Shown: piece after piece, positions 24,301 to 30,534 of the stretch | Position numbering within the stretch: the stretch's first letter is position 1 | Layout: the number at the start of each line of letters is the position of its first letter | Assembly (NCBI GenBank): GCA_049511795.1 | Contig: JBEKXS010000001.1 | Span: 358,288 to 390,287, forward strand | Direction: 5' to 3' | Source: Candidatus Saccharimonadota bacterium | Lineage (GTDB): Archaea > Nanobdellota > Nanobdellia > Pacearchaeales > GW2011-AR1 | DNA: 32,000 bases | Translations under genes and position numbers: made by a program | Notes under the pieces: model-generated | Told to the model about the DNA's origin: nothing | The model's input: only the letters and a program-made list of their open reading frames with translations | Database searches by the model: none

Positions 24301-25070
24301 ATGCACAAGGAGCCGCAGTAATTTTTAGTATAGATGCACCAAACTCAATAATCTCTTCTGGAACACAAACTGGAACAGGAAATACTGGAGGAAGTTCAAG
24401 TGGGACTACAGGAACAACTGGAACAGGAAATATTATTTCATGCACAGATCAGCAAAGTTGTCAAACTGCATTGCAACAAAGAGTTGGTTCAACTTCTATT
24501 ACATGTGTGAATACACTCGATTGCCAAAATAAATTATCAGAAAGAATACAAGGAGAAAAAATCCTTCAATTAGCAGAGCAAATTAAACAAAACTTTCCTG
24601 GCATTTCTGATTCAGATGTGCAAAGCCAGACTGGCGCACAATCATTTGAATGCCTTGCCTTGCAAATTTCAATGACAGAAAGCGGGATGCACCAATGTGC
24701 TTTATATTTTGACTCAAATGGAAACCCCCTGTATTGTGAAGGAAATCCGGATGAAGTTATTTTCAATGGGAATGGTAATGAAGGCAGTTTTGGAATAATG
24801 CAAATAAATTCAAAAGTTCATACAGATATATCAACTAGTGATTTAAGCTACTTGGATAAAGATGTAAACTATGGATTAAATCTTTTAATAAGTGGATATA
24901 ATGCACAATCAACAAACTTATACTCAACATGTATCCCAGGCCAAACTTATATAGGATGGAACAGGGCAATTAGAAATTATAATGGTTGGGGTTGCCAAAA
25001 TCCAGGGTATGTAGATTCTGTTGAGGGTGCAAGAAGTAAAGTTGGTTTGTTATTCCCTCAATGCGCTTAG
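18312..25070 (+). CDS. Giant (2252 aa) Cys-rich secreted protein with C-terminal lytic transglycosylase (SLT/lysozyme-like) domain
   Basis: Uninterrupted 6.76-kb ORF starting 1 nt after the previous stop. Sec-type signal FSAIPIIGLFLILTLFFVSFVSA|QG. About 44 Cys by my count. C-terminal SLT motifs TESGMHQC / GSFGIMQINSKVH / NYGLNLL / AIRNYNG. Confidence 0.9.
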   Translation: MKKKMSKKERILTRKNFSAIPIIGLFLILTLFFVSFVSAQGSYVRAAPAYTYGQQTSSFFGLQNYPQIDPNMCNNRQDFILQVDPLGCTPSVVTSDLLGQQNVPVFCPIVATQLNPLMSVNAINNMILTQQPGTSFSNNIAGVNYFPAQAALGQYNPSITSQYLGNIGYATIVLRQQPNESAMPSFVQGNITAQISYNIQNAFGVGNAAYYLQTLNDSDFNNNINAYSFWNGKGFVRLDSADNTGATVSIYSGVSGAASQSTAKQKIATLNLKPGETSSDVYLPGFGLCMGGLKVQLNDLENPDTVAKIVVDSNVVDLKAGDSFLDGKCTVNTITKYGINQNVQISCSEDQQHSSFALGINPKINLTISNPTMGTVTRPYSVGDHLFDFQDGSKTYGVYLGFIGNNGKTGSINDAYLWLLTVPSDVSTETSLSNDEVASIASLDSHLVTPTVGQGFWGAAITIGSDLLRGAGQGIKTIVTGKGLTPISYSSSGTSVGGTNIQILGYAGAYNADISKLPGNVFTSYTNAMNDYQTIVQNYGGETSATGSSQTTYGEQALEQEINLAGSFNQKKTALQLCQQYSQSYGPAPDNICNDPVLLSSTSTSEQSVIINGQTHTISFEGITAPSFDQFGVKLTIGYPNNGVPITVTLQKNQIYYVNETTGEYIQLTDLTPTSATFTTNLVLAGTTLQNIKNFASSTGSHTLKVGTQDNFGGAYTFAIQQINLQQVAKVSIQSDINYAHSNASFSFKIGIEKSAIQLTPNQTKQRISDLNKTINQWQSLQNDLNTVVKVGKTACLITEVGLLAKNFVANLGGAGVARQAVMRNSGGWDDKCAAMVKAGQYTSVENCLQANSAAVDASVNTYDAQVQAQNQNIQTLSQGLPTTTVAGEKVADSGQLFNKINSSVITGLSNNANAISSNGQIKVGNQNVNIADAAQRINSNTATLSQVEQLQLNLGLINSNDPTVKAVAQNQVQNILGQIYSNSNLYTQQNDLTKQYGAQFVISSNEKLINIPLSGETFSQLQNVKGLSLPGTTPVQLYRDQVTGQNYLLVLNSANVITQTYQIAGDGTLSIVNQNIANPLKLNPVTANSFNNKYLNPTVQYFETGQYAGLPAIVPFDIQNGWYAAIKSNLPNIPVVGTTGNINSYESSTRVSSFFICNVGQNGKEDNMGVDDNCEQFTPGSSQQPPLFSGALTATQSQALETKAINAIQQATSQKKSGITQIAINGVGKINVGQPSAGTPAIQCEDFESPSDCNILFNVCDPVICPSSRCNLGGAYTVQDVIQSGIIGSLALCYPNFPQIKIPICLSGVNAGLQGYISVLKSYQQCLQTNLNTGQQVGICDEVNSVYQCQFFWKQLIPVVNYALPKIAGNVLGQNSGTGGGEYLAGTDALTNAQKSVDYFSQYYAANSYKAFQERSTESVGDSVCQNFMSLSTPNGGNLFDALITPDSPVQFYGQFNEAPYTTATNPPTSQYNVFYHIYAGTDFPAYYQVYLKGSASSFYQDTGVSRVVATGVVPVGQFMTNTSVFTAPSGYQQLCIVVNGQEQCGFKQVTTDFGVNYVQQQYLSSQASQTNITSQANCNSGTPSLYSLLNPNAQAGVTNAANPAIYNQGIIRICSTNNPAQGTDPNWNTPNARWQKVGYCDTQNIGCWLDTQSVSNVIQNQNILNATLQPVTSQFVNALQAQNGFFDNQGFSSYLLSLDTLRDQHQDSQIISSITQNLSKASLSIQKAELYLRRGNAYGDISLAGNPNAPSPPVNPNAKPDGASCAQASDCQSNYCDQTASPPTCSSPTLPTINVNSGTSFESPVFQFHDGTVYIKYVSGSSNLYYKFTNGQWYWSSDQNNWFNTVASPTEQSQSGLPGATLSSTNQYFITNLLNNYGTSYSGGLSQLLKRTTDNKEGVFGTSLTTDNVQFSNDGTFTVNGIHMSPGSFPLQTKFRFSYTQNQWQWSPASANDWTSVSQYAIQGTSGDTFSGQLAKGDVNTLLNALNAMQGSDAYAQGAAVIFSIDAPNSIISSGTQTGTGNTGGSSSGTTGTTGTGNIISCTDQQSCQTALQQRVGSTSITCVNTLDCQNKLSERIQGEKILQLAEQIKQNFPGISDSDVQSQTGAQSFECLALQISMTESGMHQCALYFDSNGNPLYCEGNPDEVIFNGNGNEGSFGIMQINSKVHTDISTSDLSYLDKDVNYGLNLLISGYNAQSTNLYSTCIPGQTYIGWNRAIRNYNGWGCQNPGYVDSVEGARSKVGLLFPQCA
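24640..25067 (+). other. SLT (goose-type-lysozyme-like lytic transglycosylase) domain of the giant protein
   Basis: Catalytic-Glu context ISMTESG (gaa at 24678-24680, residue 2123), GIMQIN, NYGLNLLISGY, WNRAIRNYNGWG. Confidence 0.75.
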
Positions 25071-25098
25071 ATTAATTCTTGATTTAAATTTCTAAAGC

Positions 25099-25106
25099 TT
25101 TTTATA
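25099..25106 (+). promoter_or_regulatory. TATA box TTTTTATA with AAAGC upstream element, ~27 nt before tRNA-Leu
   Basis: CTAAAGCTTTTTATACA. The distance to the mature 5' end at 25130 fits archaeal -26/-27 TATA placement. Confidence 0.4.
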
Positions 25107-25129
25107 CAGACAGAAAGTTGTAAATCCAA

Positions 25130-25213
25130 GCGGAGATGCCGGAGTGGTCAAACGGGTCAGGCTTAGGACCTGATAGCTTAGTGCTTACCTAGGTTCGAAT
25201 CCTAGTCTCCGCA
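25130..25213 (+). tRNA. tRNA-Leu(UAG), long variable arm
   Basis: GCGGAGA..TCAGG-CTTAGGA-CCTGA, variable arm TAGCTTAGTGCTTAC, CTAGG-TTCGAAT-CCTAG, TCTCCGC, discriminator A. Confidence 0.92.
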
Positions 25214-25219
25214 TTTTTT
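25214..25219 (+). terminator. T6 tract immediately after tRNA-Leu
   Basis: gca|tttttt. Typical archaeal oligo-T terminator position. Confidence 0.4.
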
Positions 25220-25223
25220 AGAA

Positions 25224-26162
25224 TTATTTTGTCTTTACTCTTATCTCGTTTTCTTTTTGCTTTATCTTTTCCTCTAAATCAAGCTTTTCTATTAGCTCTT
25301 TGTAACGGTTTCTTATTGTGACTTCTGTTATTCCTGCAATGTCTGCAACTTCTCTTTGCGTCTTTTTCTCGTCGTTAATGAGGGCTGCGACATACAAAGC
25401 AGCAGCAGCAATTCCTGCAGGCCCACGGCCAGAAGTCAATTCAACATCTTCTGCACGCTTCAAAACCTTTAAAGCATCATTCTGTGTTTTTGGAGAAAGT
25501 TTTAGAACAGATGAGAATCTTGAGATGTAGTCTTTTGGAGAACTCTGATTTACCTTTATTCCAAGCTTTCTTATGATGAACCTGTATGTTCTTCCGATTT
25601 CTTTTCTTTCAACATCAGAAGCTGTTGCCATTTCATCAAGTGTTCTTGGAATGTTGTATGACCTGCAAGCTGCATAAAGACAAGCTGCTATAACTGATTC
25701 CATAGATCTTCCACGAACAAGACCACGCTGAAGAACATAATTGTAGATTCTTGCTGCATCATCTCTTATTACATTTGGCAGATTCAAGTAAGATGAAATA
25801 ACCCTAAGCTCTGCCATTGCAAGCCTAAGATTTCTTTCAATGCTTGTTGAAACACGCTCTTGCCATTTTTTAAGCCTAAGGAATTTTCTTGTTTGCTTTG
25901 GTTCAAGCCTATAGATATCTGAAATTTCTCCAACGTTTGTTGTAAGACCTTTGTCAAATTTCTGGATGCTTGTTGGAGCTCCACCACGTCCTTTTTTCTC
26001 GCTTTTATCAAACTTTCCCTGCAGATCAACACCTGTGTCCACCATCTTTTCTTCGACGACAAGACCACAGTCATTGCAGATAACTTCTCCCAAATGAGAA
26101 TCATAAGTAAGATTAATGCTTCCACATTCAGGACATTTTCTTATAGAAGATGATGCTGGCAT
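25224..26162 (-). CDS. tfb: Transcription initiation factor IIB (TFB)
   Basis: N-terminal Zn ribbon CPECGS...CNDCGLV, two cyclin-fold repeats, and C-terminal HTH QREVADIAGITEVTIRNRYKEL. Confidence 0.95.
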   Translation of the reverse strand: MPASSSIRKCPECGSINLTYDSHLGEVICNDCGLVVEEKMVDTGVDLQGKFDKSEKKGRGGAPTSIQKFDKGLTTNVGEISDIYRLEPKQTRKFLRLKKWQERVSTSIERNLRLAMAELRVISSYLNLPNVIRDDAARIYNYVLQRGLVRGRSMESVIAACLYAACRSYNIPRTLDEMATASDVERKEIGRTYRFIIRKLGIKVNQSSPKDYISRFSSVLKLSPKTQNDALKVLKRAEDVELTSGRGPAGIAAAALYVAALINDEKKTQREVADIAGITEVTIRNRYKELIEKLDLEEKIKQKENEIRVKTK

Positions 26163-26292
26163 TTTTTGATGATTTTTTAGATTTTAGTTTAATAGAACAT
26201 GCATTTAGACAAATATTTTTAAATGTTTTGGTTATATAAACCTTTTGATTTTTTCCGACGAGGCTGGTTTCTGCCTTTTTAAGAATTACGGT

Positions 26293-26652
26293 TTATTCAA
26301 CTAAAACACCATTAACCATTCCTTCCTGTGAAGGTCGGTTTGTTATTCTGACTTTGCCTTTGTCTGTCTGGACAATGTTTCCTTTGCTCAGTATGTTTTG
26401 TCTTGCCAAGAATCTGTTTGATGGAGTTTCAAGAACATTTTTTATCTCAAGCTTTTCTGTTTTTTTTCCTATTTTTACATTAACCATATTTCCTTTCAGT
26501 AAAAATGTTTTAAGGTTTCCACCAAGAACTTTCTGGGTTTTTCTTTTTTCTGTTCCAAGCTTAACATCTCTTTTTTGGCCTTTCAGCTCGTAAAGTCTTT
26601 TCTTTCTGCCTTTCTTGTACTTACCACCAGATATTTTTCTTCCGTGCTTCAT
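26293..26652 (-). CDS. rps8e: 30S ribosomal protein S8e
   Basis: MKHGRKISGGKYKKGRKKRLYELKG... is the typical S8e N-terminus, and the length fits. Confidence 0.88.
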   Translation of the reverse strand: MKHGRKISGGKYKKGRKKRLYELKGQKRDVKLGTEKRKTQKVLGGNLKTFLLKGNMVNVKIGKKTEKLEIKNVLETPSNRFLARQNILSKGNIVQTDKGKVRITNRPSQEGMVNGVLVE

Positions 26653-26770
26653 ATGAGAAAGTCAGGTTTTTCGTTTAAATATGTTTCTGTCAATGTTTTA
26701 GTGCGTCGATATGATTAAACAGAAAAATTTTTAACGAAATATTTATAAACAATTTTTGTAAAGATAGTTT

Positions 26771-27022
26771 ATGGTTAATGGAATTGAAAGACCTTTGGAT
26801 TTGCTTAACAACTCCAAGGGGAAAGAAGTGTTAGTCCATTTGAAAGGAGATAAACAGTTTGTCGGAACTTTGTTGGCATTTGATATACATATCAACCTTG
26901 TTCTTGACAACATAAAGGAAATGGAAAACAATGAGATAAAAAGAAATCTCGGTTTGACATTCCTTAGGGGAGATACGATAATCTTCATTTCTCCTGCTTC
27001 TACTGCTTTAAAAAAAGAATAG
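26771..27022 (+). CDS. Sm-like archaeal protein (SmAP/LSm)
   Basis: Sm1 RPLDLLNNSKGKEVLVHLKGDKQFVGTLLAFDIHINLVLDN and Sm2 FLRGDTIIFISP. Confidence 0.9.
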   Translation: MVNGIERPLDLLNNSKGKEVLVHLKGDKQFVGTLLAFDIHINLVLDNIKEMENNEIKRNLGLTFLRGDTIIFISPASTALKKE

Positions 27023-27118
27023 GCGTTTTTAATTTAATTTTCGCAAATTAATTGCGGATTAAACATAGTCAGCGCTTTCTTAAGTTACCTTTATTAATTA
27101 TAATTCCTTAATAAAAAT

Positions 27119-28015
27119 ATGACAGAAAAAATAAAAATTACATTTTTAGGAACAAGTGACGCAATTCCTACAGCAGAAAGAAACCATACATCTATTTGGC
27201 TGAATTTTGCAGGAGAAAACATTTTGATAGACTGCGGAGAAGGAACACAAAGACAGATAAGAAAGGCAGGATTGAATCCCTGCAAGCTGACAAGAATTTT
27301 GATAACTCATTGGCACGCAGATCATATACTTGGATTGCCTGGTTTACTGAAAACAATGGCAATGAGTGGCTACAACAAAACACTTCACATTTATGGTCCC
27401 AAAGGAACAAAATTCCTTATGGCTGCACTTTCAAAATTATTTGCAATTCATGATGGGTTTAAAATAGAAATCAAAGAAATTTCTGGAAAATTTTTTGAAA
27501 CAAAAGATTTCTATCTTTCTGCAGAGAAAATGGCTCATGGAGTATCATGCAATGCATATTCTTTTGTGAAAAAGGGTCAGATAAGGATAGATAAATCAAA
27601 ATTAAAAAAACTTAAGATAAAAGAAGGAGTGCATTTAAAAGATTTGAAGAAAGGGAAAAGCATAAAGTATAACGGGAAAACTTACAAGGCAAAAAATTTA
27701 ACCTACAAAGAAGGCGAGAAGAAAATAACTTTTGTTTTTGATACTAAGATTAATGATAAGATTGTTCCTTTTGCCAAGAATTCAGATATATTTGTTTGTG
27801 AAGCTTCTTCTGTTAATGAAGATACCGCAAAAAAACATCAGCATATGATGGCAGAGCAGGCTGCAGAAATAGCAAAAAGAGCAAAAGTGAAAAAACTTAT
27901 ACTTTCTCATATAAGCCAAAGGGTTGAAAGAGACATTAATGGAAATTTGTCAAGAGCTAAAAAAAAGTTTAGCAATACTTTTGTCGCAAAAGACCTTTAT
28001 TCTGTTGAAATTTAG
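27119..28015 (+). CDS. rnz: Ribonuclease Z (tRNA 3' endonuclease, metallo-beta-lactamase fold)
   Basis: ITFLGTS..P, ILIDCGEGTQRQ, ITHWHADHILGLPGLL (HxHxDH), and C-terminal LSHIS. Confidence 0.88.
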   Translation: MTEKIKITFLGTSDAIPTAERNHTSIWLNFAGENILIDCGEGTQRQIRKAGLNPCKLTRILITHWHADHILGLPGLLKTMAMSGYNKTLHIYGPKGTKFLMAALSKLFAIHDGFKIEIKEISGKFFETKDFYLSAEKMAHGVSCNAYSFVKKGQIRIDKSKLKKLKIKEGVHLKDLKKGKSIKYNGKTYKAKNLTYKEGEKKITFVFDTKINDKIVPFAKNSDIFVCEASSVNEDTAKKHQHMMAEQAAEIAKRAKVKKLILSHISQRVERDINGNLSRAKKKFSNTFVAKDLYSVEI

Positions 28016-28030
28016 TTTGTAATAGAAAGC

Positions 28031-28039
28031 TTTTAAATA
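28031..28039 (+). promoter_or_regulatory. TATA box TTTTAAATA with AAAGC upstream element, ~29 nt before tRNA-Arg
   Basis: AGAAAGCTTTTAAATAG. Same architecture as the tRNA-Leu promoter. Confidence 0.4.
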
Positions 28040-28063
28040 GATTTCTCACATTAAAACTATAAT

Positions 28064-28138
28064 GCCCTTGTAGCTCAGCCTGGATAGAGCGCCTGCCTTC
28101 TAAGCAGGAGGTCGCAGGTTCAAATCCTGTCGAGGGCG
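28064..28138 (+). tRNA. tRNA-Arg(UCU)
   Basis: GCCCTTG TA GCTC-AGCCTGGATA-GAGC G CCTGC-CTTCTAA-GCAGG AGGTC GCAGG-TTCAAAT-CCTGT CGAGGGC G. Confidence 0.92.
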
Positions 28139-28147
28139 TGAAACAAT

Positions 28148-28220
28148 GCGGAGATGGCACAGTGGCTACTGCATTCGGCTGCAGCCCGAATTTTCGTGGG
28201 TTCGATTCCCACTCTCCGCT
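28148..28220 (+). tRNA. tRNA-Cys(GCA)
   Basis: GCGGAGA..TTCGG-CTGCAGC-CCGAA TTTTC GTGGG-TTCGATT-CCCAC TCTCCGC with discriminator U, the known Cys identity element. Lies 9 nt after tRNA-Arg. Confidence 0.9.
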
Positions 28221-28306
28221 CTATTTCATAGTCATATCCTTGTAGATATGGCAGGCCGGTCTTGTCACGGCAGGGCTGGCCAACATATTTACAGAAAAAT
28301 TTTGAT

Positions 28307-28705
28307 TTATTGAGTAAGGTCAAGGTAACCATTCACAAAAGATTTTTTAGGCTTTGATTCACTTAATCCTTTTGATGCAGATTTTTGTCTAAAATTTCTA
28401 AACTTATTTTCTATGTGTACTTTCCTAACTGCTTTGTAAAAATACCAAACTGCCAGGAATAGAAATATAGCAAGTATTAAAGTTAATGCATCTTCAATGT
28501 AAGGGACACTATCAATTATTTCAGTTGTAACAAAAATAATCACTATCCTTCTTATTATAAGAAACAAAATAGCAAGAATAATATAATTAAATGACATTGA
28601 GGCATCATCTTTAAGTTTTCTCTTTACCTCTAATGCCATGAGAATTATCAAAACATAAATGGAAAGAATGACTATATCTAAACCAATCAATAAATAATCT
28701 ATCAT
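28307..28705 (-). CDS. Polytopic membrane protein (132 aa, ~4 TM), last gene of the surface-protein operon
   Basis: Four hydrophobic segments and a basic C-terminal tail. Start lies 1 nt after the upstream gene's stop. Confidence 0.6.
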   Translation of the reverse strand: MIDYLLIGLDIVILSIYVLIILMALEVKRKLKDDASMSFNYIILAILFLIIRRIVIIFVTTEIIDSVPYIEDALTLILAIFLFLAVWYFYKAVRKVHIENKFRNFRQKSASKGLSESKPKKSFVNGYLDLTQ

Positions 28706-28706
28706 C

Positions 28707-30533
28707 TTATTTTCTTAAAAAGCTTTCCAAGCCTATTTTCTCCTCTTTTTTATACCCTTTTTTATGAGCTTTATTATGTCGTATAATATAATAAATTACT
28801 GCACCTAATATTATAATCAAAATAATTATAATTACTATATATATCTTTTCAGTATTTGTTACAATGCTTGATACAACTTGGAATGAATCTGTTGCGCTCG
28901 CAACTTTTCCAGCATAAGTTGTTTTTACATAAACCAGATAATTTCCGTAGTTTATATCACTTGGAGTCGTTATATCTTTGATAAAACTTGCCTGGGTTTC
29001 TAAAGCAACTGTTTCATTTTGGTCATATACATAATTTCCATTTGAATCTTTTATTATATACTCTACATTTATGTCTGTCCTCCCAGAAATACCAAGATTA
29101 AACATTGTTACCTGAACAAGGACATCATTCCCAGGTTCAATTATCTTGTATTTTGGTTGGATTACTGCTTTCACATCAAGTAATGCCCCTCTTGATTGAA
29201 TATTTAATCCTACCATAACATCTTTTTCAGTGCCGCCCGAGACTATTTTTATTTTACCCAGATACAAATCAGGATTTGTGTCATCTCTTGCAATAAAATC
29301 TATTAAAATTGTTTTGGATTCGCCAGGATTAAGAGAAAAGTTAGTTTCATTAATAATAGCTAAGTTATCAAGCTGATCAGAGCTTATCTGGAAGTATAAT
29401 GGTTTTGTATCTTGATTGTTTATTGTTATCTCTTCGGTATCTATGCTTCCCTGAACAATTGAGACTAATAATTGGCTTTTATCAATGCTAAATAAGTTTG
29501 ATGGAATAATTCCGCCACCCCCACCGCCACCTCCACCTCCTGAAACTACGATTGTTGTGCCACCTGATGGGGCTGTTAAATTTTCCTGTGTACTGTATAC
29601 ACTTAACCCTGTAACATTGAAAACAAGAGTCCCGTTATAATATGTCCCATTGCCGTTTGAAGTAACTGTGTAACTTATCTTAGTACATATTGAAGGAGGA
29701 CATATAGAACCATCTTTTAAAATTTGTGGATTTGAGAAATTTAAATTGTATAATGAAAGAGTTGCCGGTACATTTAAGTTGGGAAGTGCTGTTGAATTTA
29801 CATAAATACTATTTGAAGAAATGTTTGTGTAAGAATCCAAATCTACTTGGTTATCAGATGGAACCAAATCATTTGTCATATTTATAGGAGGACTGAAAGC
29901 AATTTTTCCAAAGTTAGTATTTTCCAAGATAACATTACTTAAATTCTGCAATTCCTCATAAGATGATTTGTTGAAATCTGTTGAGCTTCCTCTTGTTGAG
30001 CCAGAATAATTACTGTAATAAACTGTGAACTTGCTTGCATTGACAGTGAATGTTCTACTTATTAAAGAATTCCCGTTGCTGTTATTTGCGTATAAATAAA
30101 TTGTGTGCTGTCCAGATATAGTGTTAAACGTTGTGTTTCCTGCTAATGTTGTGTTTGAACCACTATCTAACTGATACCATACAAAATTTTGATTATTTAC
30201 TGCAAAATTTAAGGGTAGATTTGTCCCTGTAATGTATGTTCCATTAGTTGGTTTTATTATTAATAATGATGGCGGAAAACCAGCAGAGCTTGCAACTTGG
30301 AAAGAAAAACCATGAATTCCTTGATATAAGGTGTCAGAGAGGTAACCTATTGCTTGCTGATAAAAAGAAGCTGTGTTTCCACTATAATTATTGGTTGCTA
30401 TAATGTTTCCATCTGCACTTCCTTGAGTAAAATAACCAGAATAATCAGGAGAATTTATTTCTGTAGCAGAAACAAAAAAAATGAATATTATAAAAAACAG
30501 TCCTAAAATTATTGAAATAATTTTTTTTTTCAT
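28707..30533 (-). CDS. Surface-anchored N/S/T-rich protein (608 aa): signal peptide, Gly10 linker, C-terminal TM anchor
   Basis: N-terminal IISIILGLFFIIFIFFVSA. Many N-x-S/T sequons. GGGGGGGGGG linker. The C-terminal half has beta-sandwich-like repeats. The protein ends with IYIVIIIILIIILGAVIYYII followed by a basic tail. Confidence 0.8.
   Translation of the reverse strand: MKKKIISIILGLFFIIFIFFVSATEINSPDYSGYFTQGSADGNIIATNNYSGNTASFYQQAIGYLSDTLYQGIHGFSFQVASSAGFPPSLLIIKPTNGTYITGTNLPLNFAVNNQNFVWYQLDSGSNTTLAGNTTFNTISGQHTIYLYANNSNGNSLISRTFTVNASKFTVYYSNYSGSTRGSSTDFNKSSYEELQNLSNVILENTNFGKIAFSPPINMTNDLVPSDNQVDLDSYTNISSNSIYVNSTALPNLNVPATLSLYNLNFSNPQILKDGSICPPSICTKISYTVTSNGNGTYYNGTLVFNVTGLSVYSTQENLTAPSGGTTIVVSGGGGGGGGGGIIPSNLFSIDKSQLLVSIVQGSIDTEEITINNQDTKPLYFQISSDQLDNLAIINETNFSLNPGESKTILIDFIARDDTNPDLYLGKIKIVSGGTEKDVMVGLNIQSRGALLDVKAVIQPKYKIIEPGNDVLVQVTMFNLGISGRTDINVEYIIKDSNGNYVYDQNETVALETQASFIKDITTPSDINYGNYLVYVKTTYAGKVASATDSFQVVSSIVTNTEKIYIVIIIILIIILGAVIYYIIRHNKAHKKGYKKEEKIGLESFLRK
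29511..29540 (-). repeat. (GGN)10 simple repeat encoding Gly10
   Basis: Plus strand tccgccacccccaccgccacctccacctcc, a GC-rich island inside an AT-rich gene. Confidence 0.8.
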
Positions 30534-30534
30534 T

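Noticed and set aside
18312-25070. Possibility that the giant gene is a diversity-generating-retroelement target, or contains near-identical nucleotide repeats (TR/VR pair)
   Set aside because: No reverse transcriptase gene is in the window. I saw no ~100-bp near-identical repeat pair with A-specific mismatches. The internal repeats are diverged at protein level only. This cannot be excluded for a template located elsewhere in the genome.
18312-25070. Giant protein as a polymorphic toxin (Rhs/YD, RTX, haemagglutinin-repeat type)
   Set aside because: I saw no YD/Rhs repeats, RTX nonapeptides or PT-/HINT-type pre-toxin modules. The only recognisable enzymatic module is the SLT domain.
28221-28306. 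GC-rich island as a split-tRNA half or a sixth tRNA
   Set aside because: It has no T-arm (GTTCRANNC), no acceptor pairing beyond 4 bp, and no anticodon arm could be drawn on either strand.
27969-28332. Two minus-strand ORFs (63 and 70 aa) across the tRNA-Arg/tRNA-Cys region
   Set aside because: They are the reverse complement of two well-folding tRNA genes and a GC-rich island, so they are artefactual.
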